From Octopus sinensis (taxonomy: Eukaryota), in assembly GCF_006345805.1 (NCBI RefSeq), contig NC_043012.1, forward strand, positions 6,448,001 to 6,512,000: 64,000 nucleotides of DNA, written 5' to 3'. The notes below the pieces were generated by a model, which did not search any database, had not been told where the DNA came from, and saw nothing but the letters and a program-made list of their open reading frames with translations. A program made the translations under genes and the position numbers. How positions within the stretch are numbered: the first letter of the stretch is position 1; each line of letters opens with the position of its first letter. Below, in pieces: positions 37,813-51,604 of the stretch.

Positions 37813-38418
37813 ACACACACACATGCATATATAGATATACATATATATATATATGCACATATACATACACACACACACACACACACATATATATGTATAT
37901 GTATCTATATATATCTATATATATCTATATATATATATATGTATATATATATATAACACACACACACATACATATATATAGATAGATATGCATACATACA
38001 TATATACATACACACATATATATATGTATATATAGATACACACACACACACATGCACGCACAAATATATATGTATGCTTCTATTTTATTTTGGGAAAGAA
38101 TCCCCTTGTCAAATATAAGAAAGAAAAATAGCCAAGAATTCAGAGATAAATTGTTATTATTGGAAGGCCATTCTGGAGCATTATTTTTGGCTAGTAATGC
38201 CACATGGAAAACAGGATCTTGGTGAAAATAAAAATATCGGTATATGTTGCTGGCGGAAAAATACCTTTAGCAAGGGGGTAAAAGACCCCAGAGGAATATG
38301 CATGAAGAAGGTCTAAAGACCAATATGATGATTTCTAGAGAGTTCTAGATGAATGGTAATATTTTACTGCAGGCAGAAACAAAATCAACAACAAAAAAAA
38401 AAACAGATGTTAAATTCC

Positions 38419-38419
<1 letters not shown>

Positions 38420-38452
<33 letters not shown>

Positions 38453-38760
38453 TGGTGGTAGCGGTGGTGGTGGTGATGCTCATGAGGATTGTTGTTGTAA
38501 TGATGATTATGATGATGATAATGAAGTTGGTGTTGCTAAAGATGGTAAAATTAATAATAAAAAGGATGAAGATGATGGTGGTGGTGTTGGCTATGATGAT
38601 GTTGATGACAATGATATGAGTGATGATGCTGATGACGATGATGATGATGATGATGACGATGATGATGATGATGGTGCTGATGAATATGCAGAAGAGGTGG
38701 AGGAGTATAACGGTTGCGTTGACAATGACGACGCTGATGATGAAAGCAGTTGTGATAATG
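38420..38760. repeat. Imperfect (GAT)/(GGT)n triplet tract
   Basis: Read directly. Similar tracts at 43575-44275, 51545-52660 and 56740-57150 (as ATC). Confidence 0.9.
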
Positions 38761-39248
38761 TGGATGCTGAGGGATTGGGCATCTGAAGAAAAGAGGAAGA
38801 ATATGTTCCTATTGAGATGCTGAGAAGAAAAGAAAACAGAAAAAGAAACTCTGCAGAAATAGAATTTACGAATTAAATAGTTTAGAAAACTGAAAATACA
38901 TCTTTATTTAAAATATATTTATGTAAAAATCTAACATTTAGAATAAGTTTGATCGCAATGAGGAAAATAAAAGAAGAAAAAAACCCCAAAAAAACAAAGA
39001 AATGAGACATCACAATGTCTAAATTTATTGGTTGGCAGAGGAATTAGGTTCTTCAAGAACTTAGCATTTGAGCATCTTTGAGAATAAAGAATTTTTCAAG
39101 TCTATAATTTATTGTTCGTCATAAAGGTCAGATATTCAATGAAGAACAAGAAGAAGAAGAACAGATGAACACAGATTATTAAAATCAATGAGAATTTTAA
39201 TGAAATCTATTCATGAATTTCTAAATGTGACACACATATTATTATTGC

Positions 39249-39279
<31 letters not shown>

Positions 39280-39417
39280 ATTATTATTATTATCATTATT
39301 GCTGTTGTTGTTGTTGTTGTTGTTGTTATTGTTATATTATTATTATTATTATTATTATTATTGTTATTATTATTATTATTATTACTATTATTATTGTTGC
39401 TGTTGTTGTTGTTGTTG

Positions 39418-39448
<31 letters not shown>

Positions 39449-39804
39449 CATTATTATTACTATTATTATTATTATTATTGTTGTTGCTGTTGTTGTTGTT
39501 GTTGTTATTTTTTTTGCAAAAGAATTTGTATGGAGATTAAAGGACTGAGAAGTCTGAAAGCAAGTGTGTATGTGTACATATGTGCATATGTGTTTATGTG
39601 TATGTGTGTGTGTTTGTGTATGTGTGTGTGTTTGTGTATGTGTGTGTGTTTGTGTATGTGTGTGTATCTTTTGTGTGTATGTGTGTTTAGTGTTTATAGA
39701 TATTTAGAATAAATAATTGTAAACAACACACATTAGCTAAATATATATATGTATGTATGTATGTATGCATCTATGTATGTATGTATGTATATATATTATA
39801 TATA

Positions 39805-39853
<49 letters not shown>

Positions 39854-40141
39854 CATATATATACATATATATATATATATATACATATATAAATATGTAT
39901 ATATATGTATATAATATATATATATATATATATATAATATATATATATATACAGCAGTGTGAACGTAAATGAAAGACCCCCTCCTTTCCCATGCACTCAC
40001 ACATACACACTTGCACACCTTCACAAACTTACACACACACACACACACAGCATCAAATATTTGAACATAAATAGAATTACTATTAAGAATATAATTCTTA
40101 GAGCAGCCTTAATAATCACCTGAACATGTTGGAATAGACAG

Positions 40142-40244
40142 ATTTAGGATAATCTGCTCACTTAGATGTAGTGGTGTCTTTATAGAAGAATCAGGAACTA
40201 TCCAAGAAAATCGTCTCAACAGTAGACATGTAGGAATATTTAAG
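40142..40244 (+). CDS. Candidate exon (FRIICSLRCSGVFIEESGTIQENRLNSRHVGIFK, phase 2->0; alternative acceptor at 40186)
   Basis: Good donor AAG|gtgaga and an open frame, but a weak acceptor. Confidence 0.25.
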
Positions 40245-40639
40245 GTGAGACTTGAAACAAATATTAATACCGAACTTATACTAATCCACAAAAAACAAAA
40301 AGTAGTCTGTTGCTCGTTTCTGCTACTCTTTTGGTCTTTTAGTGGTTCCAACCATAATATAATACTATAGCGTTAGTTTATAATCCTAAGCAAAAAATTC
40401 CTCTATGTTGTCATATGGAAGCACAAAGGCACAAAGCAGAACTAAAGGGGTAATGCATGTTTTGTATTAGAGTGCAGGGGATTAAATGCCTTGTGGTGTT
40501 AGCGTCTACTTAGTACTTTTTCAGGCACTGATTTCAAATAACTTCCAAGGTTAAATTAACATTTTGGATGGCAGTGAAAATAGTGATGGTGGTGGAGTTG
40601 ATCAAGCAACATGCCCTGAATGTTCTCACTGCAGCTGAC

Positions 40640-40705
40640 ATAATAATAATAATAATAATGATAATAATAATAGTAATAATAATAATAATAATAATGATAA
40701 TAATA

Positions 40706-40744
<39 letters not shown>

Positions 40745-40745
40745 G

Positions 40746-40803
<58 letters not shown>

Positions 40804-40851
40804 GTAATAGTAATATTAATAATAATTATAATAATAATAATAGTAAAATTA

Positions 40852-40932
<81 letters not shown>

Positions 40933-40965
40933 GTAATAATATTATAATAATAATAATAATAATTC
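40640..40965. repeat. (AAT)n microsatellite
   Basis: Read directly from sequence. Confidence 0.95.
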
Positions 40966-41960
40966 TGACAAAATTTTGCAGAGCACCTCATGATTCTCTG
41001 TATCAAAGACCTTGGTCAAATCAACAGGTCATTATTTTGTTCGCGTGTTTTCTCCTGAATTTGTTGGAAGGTAAATATCATGTCAATCGTGTCTCTCCCA
41101 GCCTAAAATCCACATTGGCATTGAAGATATATGCTGTTTATTACATGATGCGGTTAAGGATCACCCTTGCAAGATCACCTTTCCAGCTATGCACAACAAG
41201 CTTGTACCCTTGTGGATTATCATATACACTCTTCTTCCCCTTGTTTTTGTACGAATGCATTATAGATGAATCTTTGAAGTGTTGAGGAACAGATCCAATT
41301 TCCTACAACAAACAGATCAAATTGCATAGCTTACTTACAAGTTTGTACACCTCTATGGGAATACTGTCTTGTCCAGGAGCCTAACTATTGGAAGGTTCTT
41401 TTGATGGCAGTACTTATCTCTTCCAAGGAAGGATCTTCCAATTGTTCTTCAGTTACAGGCCACTGAAGAATTTCATTGATTACTTCAGAATTGGTACTGA
41501 ACTCCTGATTTAATACAGATTTAAAGTGTTCAGCCCATCTTTTCAGAATTTCTTCTTTGTTACTTCAGAGTTTTGATCCATTGTTAGTAAGAATAGGTTC
41601 TGTTCCACCCTTTTTTGGACCAAATACACTTTTTATATTGTCATTCAATGCTCTCAAATTGTGAGAATCAGCAGCCAGTTCCAATTCTTGGGTATTTTTT
41701 GCTCACCAAGAATTTATCATCTCATGCCATTTTTTTTGTTTGTAGTTTTTTCTAGAGGAGATGTTTAGGGATCTGAGGGTTGGTGAGTTTTTGTCTGAGG
41801 TCCATGCCTTGTGTCTCTTGTGCAAAGTTTCTAAGAGGGGTTTGATTTGGGAACCGTTGGAACCGTTCTTGTTGAACCAATCTTGGTGCTTGTGTTTCAT
41901 CAATCCTAGAGCTACTTCAGCAGATAATTTGATGCTGCCACGAATATTGTGCCACAACAC
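40966..41960 (-). mobile_element. Degenerate RTE-clade LINE fragment (EN-RT linker to RT N-terminus)
   Basis: Minus-strand translation across lesions gives KHQDWFNKN, LELAADSHNLRAL, ILKRWAEHFKSVLN, DPSLEEISTAIK, SIPIEVYK, QCGF*AGRDTIDMIFTFQQIQEK, all RTE/BovB-like motifs. Confidence 0.85.
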
Positions 41961-42029
41961 TTCAGAGTATTATTATTATTATTATTATTATGATGATGAT
42001 GATGATGATAAAATGCCCTAATAATAAAA

Positions 42030-42385
42030 TGCAGTACCAGGAAGTGGCTCTTGTGGCTTCTGATCTTAACTGATTGGAAGGGTTATCATGTACATTGTTT
42101 TGTCTTGGTGTAAAAGATGGCCTACAGCAAATAGTCTGCTCAATACCACAGATTTGCTTGTCAGTTGTTTAACAGTAACAAGCTGAGCATGTCCCTTAGT
42201 GGCTGACAATATGTGTATCCTTGATCACGAGCAGAAGTAGTTGGGGAGCACCATAGCCATGTGTTGAGAGGAATTCTTTGGGATTTGAATAATTTACCTC
42301 TGGAAACATGAGTATTTTGTTCATTATCCTTAAAACAAACCTTATTCAGGGACCTTTTGAGTGAGATGTGCTACTCGACCTGAAG
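42030..42385 (-). mobile_element. Conserved-core SINE-like repeat (resembles Deu/Nin-domain SINEs)
   Basis: Minus strand has caactgacaagcaaatctgtggtattgagcagac...cagttaagatcagaagcc. The family assignment is from memory and unverified. Confidence 0.4.
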
Positions 42386-43574
42386 AAAAGTCTATCTGGG
42401 CCCCACCTGCAAATTTATGCACTGTTTATCTTGATAGGAGATCACCATGTCGTGCACATATGGTTGTGATGCATGTACCTGGTGTACCCTTACCAGACAA
42501 GTTGCCATGATGGTTATATTGGACTTCATATATTTGTACCCCAGTGTCACTTTGATGGCATGCATTGCTCTGTCACTCAATAATAAAAATTATAGTAAAG
42601 CTACCACTATGGAAAACAACATTCTCATTTTCATTTTTTCTGTAGGAGCAGAAATGATGTGCCAATAGTTGTTTCAAAAACTACGTCTTCAACCAAGAAG
42701 TTGGCAACCACAAATTTGATGTCTTGAATTTAATATGATATTTCTCCAATTGGGACGGTGTAGTCATGGAGTTATACTAACCAGATATTTTGTCATAACT
42801 GCAGAGTTTATCCATTCCCATGTGTATTTTATATTCCTATGTGTATAACTTATATATGCATGCCCAAAACAGCACACATTCTTTCCTGGTGTCTCCATAA
42901 ACTTGATAGCATCCGGTGTGCAGAGCTTTCAGCTGGTAGCGCTTGCGTCTATAAGTTGTTTGCAAAAAATCTAAAACATCATTCAAAGATTAACATGAAA
43001 AATACGCTGTGCAGTGATTAGAACTTGTGTTAATTGTTCAAAAGGTGTTGTCCAGCATTTACACACAGCCAATGACCTAACACAACCACATAGCGAATCT
43101 AAGAGAAAAAAATCACTTTTGTGACACTATTATTGTTGAGGTTCTAATTCCAATATAAATAGGCAAGTTTAACTAAGAACCAATTATATATCCTCATCTA
43201 GAATCCTTAATTGCCTGATCATTATTGCTATGTTGCTGTTGTCCCAGTATCCTTGTCACATTATTATCATGCAAATAGGCAAGTACTCACTAGACACTTG
43301 TCTGCTGTAAGCAGTGGCAGCATAGTAAAATTAATAGGTGTTTGATAAGCTTGATCTGACAGCCTGAAAACTAAAGCAGGAAATCAGTAATTCAGCTGAA
43401 TTCTTTACATTAGGATCTGAGTCTTCAATGGATGGTTTTCCCCTCCCCACTCAAAGACCAAATTAAGATTACGGGATGAACCATTACTAACAGAGGGGTA
43501 AATAAGAACTGTTTGGTCATCCATCATATTTTAGTCGATTGAAGTTCCTTTCACTCCAAATAATGATGCCAGGA

Positions 43575-43606
<32 letters not shown>

Positions 43607-43986
43607 AAGGAGGAGGAGGATGGTGATGATAATGGTGATGATGGTGATTATGACGTTGACGATGATGGTGATGATAATAGTGATGGTGAAAAGATGATTA
43701 TGGCAACAAAGATGATGATGATGATGATGACGGTGATAACTCTAATACTGAGGATGTAAGTAACGATGATGATGATGAGAATGGCACTTATGAAGATGAT
43801 GATGAGAATGGCAGTTGTGAAGATGATGATGATGATGAGAATGGCAGTTATGAAGATGATGATGATGATGAGAATGGCAGTTATGATGATGATGATGATG
43901 ATGATGATGTCAATGATGATGTCAATGATGGTCATAAGATTTTGATGACAGCAATGATGAAGATGATTATGGTGATAATGATGAAA

Positions 43987-44027
<41 letters not shown>

Positions 44028-44482
44028 AACTCTAATATTGAGGATATAAGTAACGATGATGATGATAATGATGAAGATTATGATTATGATGATGATGATG
44101 ATGATGATAATGATGATGATGATGATGGTGATGATGATGGTGGTAGTAGTGATGACACTAATACTGATGATGATGATAATGATGACAATAAGGACGGTGA
44201 TTTCATCTATAATGATAAAGACGATGTCGATGATCACGATGATAACGATGATGAAGATTATGATGATGATAGCAACTGCTTGTTTTGTTTTTGTTGCTTT
44301 TTGTTCTCTTGAACATTATCTTAAATATCTGCCTCTCTAATTGGTTGAACAACAAGCAAACAAAAAAAAAAGCCCACAAAAACAATTAACAAAACAAAAC
44401 AAAACAAAAAGAATCACACACACACACACACACACAAGCTTATTGAAAACCATTTATTATTCATGCAATGTAATTTACTCAG

Positions 44483-44552
44483 ATTTTTAAAGAAGATATC
44501 CAAGTTGTAACCAAATATATTTCTAATGAGAAAACTCTGCTACTCATTTCAG
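44483..44552 (+). CDS. Candidate exon (IFKEDIQVVTKYISNEKTLLLIS, phase 0->1)
   Basis: Acceptor taatttactcag, donor CAG|gtatgt, open frame. Confidence 0.38.
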
Positions 44553-44924
44553 GTATGTCTCTATCCTGCCATTCACTTGGAATTCTATCAGTCTCAGAGC
44601 TGATTATGGCACTGGTACCAGCTGCTTGAACATGTTTACCTCCATTGCCACCAAAGACAGCTGTAATTTTCCTCACACTGGTTTCTCAAAAATCTAATCA
44701 CCATCACATGATATGCTGCCTCACATGGGTAAGGTTGTTATTATTATTATTATTATTAGATTTACTATTTCATTTTTCCATGGACATTATTATTCATTAT
44801 TTGTAACAATACTGCCTATCAAAATTATGTAGTATGTCATATTTTTTCATCTACATTTAGTATTGTACATATATATGCCATCATCATCATCACCATCACC
44901 ACTGCCACCACCACCACCACCACC

Positions 44925-44958
<34 letters not shown>

Positions 44959-45239
44959 CTGATATCTAACGTCTGCTTCCCATGCTGGCTTGAGTTGGAC
45001 AGCTTGGCATGAACTGGCAAGGCTAGTGGGGGCTGCACCAGGTTCCATACCCTGTTTCAGCTTGGTTTCAACAGCTGGATGCCCTTCCCAACACTGACCG
45101 CTCCACAGAGTGTACTGGTTGCTTTTTTTTTACGTGGCACCAGGATCCACACCAATGCTTTTTTATGTGGCACCTTCGTCTTAGGATCTCAATTCTGTTG
45201 TGGTGGGCAGGTCTTCATGAGTACAGTAATGTCATCTTC

Positions 45240-45965
45240 TTTGTGAGACACTAATGGAATGAAGAGAAAAACTTGCACAGACAACTGCTAGCCTTCCTCA
45301 AAATATCTTGCCTGGGTCTGAACACATATGGGCAGAGGTGTGGTCAAGACAGGCTGATGGAGGCCACTCACTCACACTGCAATATAATGAAAAAGATTCT
45401 GCATGGTCATTCAGTCTTCAAGAAATAACAGCTAAATTGCAGCCTAATCTACTGTCTTAATGACAAATTATACACACGAACGCACATATGGATATAAAGG
45501 TATGGAGTGGAGTAAATGTATTAGAAGAGGCCAGGATAATGTGAGTCAGACTCAAAAGAGATCTAAGGAAGAATGTAACGATTGAGAAGGTGAATGACAA
45601 TCACTTTTTTGTGTGCATAGTCTGTGATAGTCCATGCCTGTCTTTTACTGGCCTGAAATCTCATCTCTGAACCCATGGAAAATGAGCATCCACCAACTAT
45701 TCTGCCTATATGTCTGTGCACACCTTTGAATGCAGTGTATGCCAGAAGGTTGGCAAATCCAACGGAGGACTCAAAAGACATATTAAGATGCACAAAGAGC
45801 AGAATTTATCTGTAGGTATTGGTGGTCCAAATCAGAGGTGCAATCTATGTGGGTGTCTTTTCAGAACATTGTCTGGGTTTAAAAAGCCACATCAGAAGCC
45901 ATGACAGTGCTAAGGTGTAGGCACAGGGGGTGGTCAAACTCTGTATAAGGAGTAGACAACCACCA
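45240..45965 (+). mobile_element. RTE-type LINE 3' end encoding three degenerate C2H2 zinc fingers
   Basis: A degenerate W...QDR..WR motif lies near 45320-45365. It is followed by FVCIVCDSPCLSFTGLKSHL*TH, FECSVCQKVGKSNGGLKRHIKMH and RCNLCGCLFRTLSGLKSHIRSH (one frameshift), then a short tail ending in caaccacc-(AT)n. Confidence 0.7.
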
Positions 45966-45989
45966 TATATGTATATATATATATATAAT

Positions 45990-46400
45990 CTTTTAATCTT
46001 TTAATCTTTTATTTGTTTTATTTGACTGAGGCCATGCTGGAGCACTGCCTTTGGTTGAGCAAATTGACCATGGGACTTATACTTTGTAAGCCTAGTACTT
46101 ATTCTATTGGTCTCTTTTGCTGAACCGCTAAGTTACGGGGACGTAAACACACCAGGTTGTCAAGCAATGTTGGGAGGACAAACACAGACACACGAACATA
46201 TACACACACATACATTTATATACATATATACGTCGGGCTTCTTTCAGTTTCCGTCTACCAAATCCACTCACAAGGCTTTGGTCGGCCTGAGGCAATAGAA
46301 GACACTTGCCCAAGGTACCACGCAGTGGGACTGAACCCGGAACCATGTGGTTCATAAGTAAGGTACTTACCACACATCCACTCCTACGCCTATACCACAC
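45990..46400 (-). mobile_element. SINE family A
   Basis: Reverse complement of the consensus; near full length. Confidence 0.85.
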
Positions 46401-46621
46401 AGCCACTCCTATGCACACACACACATAGCTATATACATATTTTAACATGTATAAGGAACCCGTTTTTGACAAAAATCAAGTTAAAAAAATATGGGAGTTT
46501 CTTATACATGGATTATATTATAATCCCTTACAAAACCTTTTTCTAAATTTTAAACCCCCAAAATTAGGGGCTTCCTTATACACATTAAAATACAGTATAT
46601 GCACACTCACATACATATGGC

Positions 46622-46719
<98 letters not shown>

Positions 46720-47329
46720 TATATATAAATATGATGGGCTTCTTTTCAGTTTCTGTCTACTAAATCCACTCACAAGGCTTTGCTCGGCCTGAGGTTATAA
46801 TAGAAGACACATGCCCAAGGTGCCATGCAGCAGGACTGAACCCAGAACCATGTGCTTGGGAAGCAAACTTCTTACCCATACAACCATGCCAGCTTATGTA
46901 AAAGTAAAGGTTGTGGAAAGAAGAAACATTTGTTATATCAATAATGATGATAAATTGTATCAAAATACAAAAATAGACAAAACAAAAAAAGGATAAAGAA
47001 AAAGCTTAGGATTGATAAACTGAACAGAAGAGAAGAGTAATAACGAAATATTCAGATTTAAGATCAAAGAAACTCAAGGAAAGAGGGACATCCTCATCTT
47101 TCTGTGTAAAACTCTGATTGTAAGACATCCCACTTCCTCTGTCTCTCTGTCTTTGTCTCTCTGTCTGTCTCTCTCTCTCTCTTTCTCTCTTTCTGTCTTT
47201 GGCTTTAAATTTCCATTTGTCATTTGTTGTTGTTGCTCTCTGCAGTTCAGTTTTCTCATGTCATGTCTTTTCATCTTTGTTATACATTGTCGTGCACGCA
47301 ACGTCATTATCGTCATTAACATCATCGTT

Positions 47330-47422
47330 ACCACCACCACCACCACCACCACCACCACCACCACCACCACCACCACCACCACCACCACCACCACCACCAC
47401 CACCACCACCACCACCACCACC
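47330..47422. repeat. Pure (CAC)n run of about 30 units within a triplet tract (to about 47690)
   Basis: Read directly from sequence. Confidence 0.95.
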
Positions 47423-49644
47423 AACAACAACAGCAGCAGCAACAACAACAATGACACTGCCACTGCCATCACCACTGCCACCACTGCTATCACCACCATC
47501 ATCATCATTATCAGCATCATTATCACCACCACCACCACCATTATCGTCACCACCACCACCAACATGAGCACAACAACAACAACACCACTACTACCACCAC
47601 CACTACCACTGATACCAACACCACCAGCACCACTGTTACCACAATTGCCACCACTGCCACTATCACCACCATCACCACTTAACCACCCTTCTCTTCAATA
47701 CCAGCAATGGGTAGGACAGGTTGTCAGTCATTTTAGTCTGTGAGTCACTGCTCACCCAACACCCCCTGGTATGTTCATGTTTGTCATTTTTGACTCGGTT
47801 TCTACAACTGGCTGTAGATACTCCTTTTTTCCAATCATCAACTTTACAGAAGTACAAGTGGGTACCATTCTCTCATGGTACCAGCAACACTAGAGTGGTT
47901 GATAAATTCTTTGGTGAGACAGAACGAAAGGGACCACACAACCTGATGCTTTCTCTTTTGTTTACCATCCACTTCACAATGTGTACAGGAGACATTTCTT
48001 CTCATGGTTCCATCATTAAAGAATTCATGGTTCCATCATTAAAGAACTCTCCCCTCTCAGTGAGATAACAGAAGAGCATAGCATCTTCTGAACCTTGCTC
48101 TCCTTTGACTTTCTCATCATCAATCATTCTAGATCAGGGCATCCCCAACCACTGGGCCAGAAACCAGTACCAGGCCATGGATTATTTGGTGCTGGGCCAT
48201 ACAAAAAGAATAAAAGTTTAAAATGTTGTTCCTATTTTATTGACTATCACATTTTGTAGTGTAATTTTTGGCATTTCATGTATCTTATATACATGTTGTG
48301 TATGTGGCTTAAACCTTTAGTGTTTAAACTGGCAATAACTGGTCCAGATATTCTTTTCTACTCTAGGCACAAGTCCCCAAATTTTTGGGGAGGGGGCTAG
48401 TCAATTAGATCAAACCCAGTACATGACTGGTACTAATTTTATCTCGGTGGAATTTGAACTCAGAATTTAAAGAAAGATGAAATACTGCTAGGCATTTTGC
48501 CTGGTGTAGTAATATTTCTACCAGTTTGCCACCTTATATCTGGCTCCAATATTCTACCTGTTTTACATTCAAACCAGTCAGATCGGGTATCTCACACCTA
48601 CCCTGCAATGTCATTCTAAAAGCAAGCAGTCACATCATCAAAAGCTTGAAGCTATGAAAGAGTGCAGGATTTACTTCAAGCAATTATTCTTTGCTTTTGC
48701 TTCTTTTTCACTTGTTTCATTTGAATGTGGCCATGCGGGAGCACCGCTTTGAAGGGTTTTTAATCAAACAAATTGACCCCAGGACTTATTTTTTAAAGCC
48801 CAGTACTTATTCTATCAGTCACTTTTGTTGAACTACCAAGTTACGGAAATGTAAATCCACAACACCAGTTGTCAGGTGGTGATGGCAGGGGACAAATACA
48901 GACACAAAGACATACACATATAGATACACACATATCATCATCATCATCGTTTAACGTCCGCTTTCCATGCTGGCATGGGTTGGACAATTTGACTGAGAAC
49001 TGGCGAACCAGATGGCTGCACCAGGCTCCAATCTTGATCTGGCAGAGTTTCTACAGCTGGATACCCTTCCTAACGCCAACCACTCTGAGAGTGTAGTGGG
49101 TACTTTTACGTGCTACCGGCATGAGGGCCAGTCAGGCATAAACATATGTTCATATATATATATGTGTGTATATATATGATGAGCTTCTTTCAGTTTCCTT
49201 TTATCAAGTCTCCTCATGAGGCTTTCGTTGGCCTGAGGATATAGTAGAAGACAATTGCCGAAGGTGCTATGCAGTGGGATTGAACCCAGAACCATGTGAT
49301 TGGCAAGCAAGCTTCTTACCATACAGCTATGCCTGTGCCAATGTGGATAAATAAGCATCACATTTGACAGAATAATCTGAATGTTAAAAATTTAATGGTT
49401 AGGGCAGGGGTCAGGGGGCAACTTTTTTAATCATTTATCCCAGAATATATTTATTTATGCCAATGCTACCTCCTTGATTTCAAAAGAAGAAAATCATAGA
49501 TTCGTTGAATTCAAAAGGTTTATTGAATCTGTTTATTTAGAAAATATGATTATAGATGTATAAAGTATAAAACAAATGTGATTAAATAAATTAATATCGT
49601 CATTATGAAACAAAAGGATTTTTCTAGAAACTTTTTCACTTTAG

Positions 49645-49757
49645 GTGTTGGAGAAAATGATGTTTCATTTTTATTACAATTACATCAAAATTGGGGTATT
49701 TTGATGCCAGAACATTTTGGATATAATCTTCAGGGTCCAATTAAAGGGCTGGATTGA
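49645..49757 (+). CDS. Candidate terminal exon (GVGENDVSFLLQLHQNWGILMPEHFGYNLQGPIKGLD*), phase 1 start; alternative donor at 49695
   Basis: Strong acceptor ctttttcactttag; phase-compatible with 44483-44552; ATTAAA near 49795. Confidence 0.33.
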
Positions 49758-50069
49758 ATAACTATTTATATCTACTTAAAGCAAAAACATGTGTATTAAA
49801 AAACAAGGTTAAAGTGAGTAATAGACAACTGACAAATAATACCTGTTTAGCAATTTGACAACGCCTTAGCAACCAAATTGTTTGCAGGTCAAAATGCCAT
49901 GATGTCTCCTGAACCTGTCCATTACATTGGACAGATGAAGTGTTGCCAGAAGAAACATTTCTGTCACAACAAGGAACACGTATTTCATATAATTTTAATT
50001 ATGCCCAATGAGTCCTCATTACCCCCATGAATTTAACTTTTACTCCACTTGGAGTAATTTACTCCACTT

Positions 50070-50229
50070 TTTACATCATTTACATTATTTACATGTGACA
50101 GATATTTGTCCTCATCTTGTTTGTTGTTAACACAACGTTTCGGCTGATATACCCTCCAGCCTCCATCAGGTGTCTTGGAAAAACTTTGAATCTGGGTTCT
50201 CATTCCTATGGTATTTTTTGATGTTGTTG

Positions 50230-50310
<81 letters not shown>

Positions 50311-50355
50311 TCACTGCCTGGAATTGAACTCAGAATCTTGGGGTTAGTAGCCAAC
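50070..50355 (-). mobile_element. Family H element (tRNA-like head, (AAT)n, hammerhead, 3' tail)
   Basis: Hammerhead at 50129-50174 (-): gacac-CTGATGG-A-GGCTG gagggtatat CAGCC-GAAAC-GT-T-gtgtt. Only A9 deviates from the consensus core. Confidence 0.8.
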
Positions 50356-51148
50356 TCAGAATCTTGGGGCCAGCTAGTAAAGGAAGATCAGTGCTAAGAA
50401 GAATAACATATGGACGGTAGAGTCATTTGAACCCATTATCTTGTGGTTTCTGAATCTCTCATTCTACACCTTAATCTCGCAACTCATGTGTTGCAACTAA
50501 ATTTCCAGAATAAGGAATACAATTGAATTCTCGGAGAAAAAAATCTCCAAAGAAAGCCAAAATAAATAGAATGGCTGATGAAAGTAAAGATGGCAATCTA
50601 ATAATAATGAAGAATTTAGAACAGAGCAAGATTTTTAATCCAATAGACATTTTAGATTGTATTGTAAATAAAATAATGGATAAAAATCAGGAGAATAGAG
50701 GAGAGGAAGAGGTGGTGGTGGTGGTGGTGGTGGTAGTGTTACAAGTTTTGTTTTGATAACCATGTGAATGTAATAGCAATTTTAATAAATATGTATACTG
50801 ATAAATGCATACACACACACATGTGTACATACATGCATACATACATACATTAATACATACACACATATATATATATGTATATATATATATACACACATGT
50901 ATACATACATACATACATACACACATACATACATACACACATACATACACACATATATGTGTGTATATATATATATACATACACACACATGTATACATGC
51001 ATACATACCACACACACACACACACACATATATATACATATATATATACATATACATACATATATATATATACACACACACATATACATATCTAACTACC
51101 AACCTCTTTATCACTCACTCTCTCTCCCTGAATATATATATATATACA

Positions 51149-51190
<42 letters not shown>

Positions 51191-51566
51191 GAATGTATGT
51201 ATATAATAAATAAGCATACACATGCGTGCACACATGTGCTACAGATATTCACACACATCCATGTACAAGAGCATAAATGCATTCATAGATACATACACAC
51301 ACCACACATGCACAGCCACACATACATCTACACACACGTACACACGTACACACGTACACACACACACACGTGCACACATACATGTTCGTTGGTGAAAATT
51401 ATTGATGGCAGCTGATAGTTGAGTGTTGAGAGCGAAAACAAGAGAACTGAAGAGGAAACGTTTCTAAGACAATAAGAACTGCAGCCACTTTGAGATTAGC
51501 ATCTGAGATAACGAAGATTGAAAGAAATACTACAACAACCTCGATATCTGATGATGACGATGATGC

Positions 51567-51604
<38 letters not shown>

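Noticed and set aside
38349-38786. Acidic poly-Asp/Gly ORF, and similar ORFs at 51490-52407 and 56698-57192
   Set aside because: (GAT)/(GGT)n tracts open in several frames, with no splice or domain support.
43290-43362. Minus-strand exon-like segment (ttttcag ... gtgagt) as a possible IgSF 5' exon
   Set aside because: The splice signals are good, but neither open frame ends in phase 1 or resembles an Ig domain.
47199-47567. Poly-Pro/Thr/Val ORFs
   Set aside because: Translations of the (CAC)n run.
51440-51465. CTGAAGA-G-GAAAC-GTT hammerhead-like string
   Set aside because: No helix II and no convincing helix I; probably chance.
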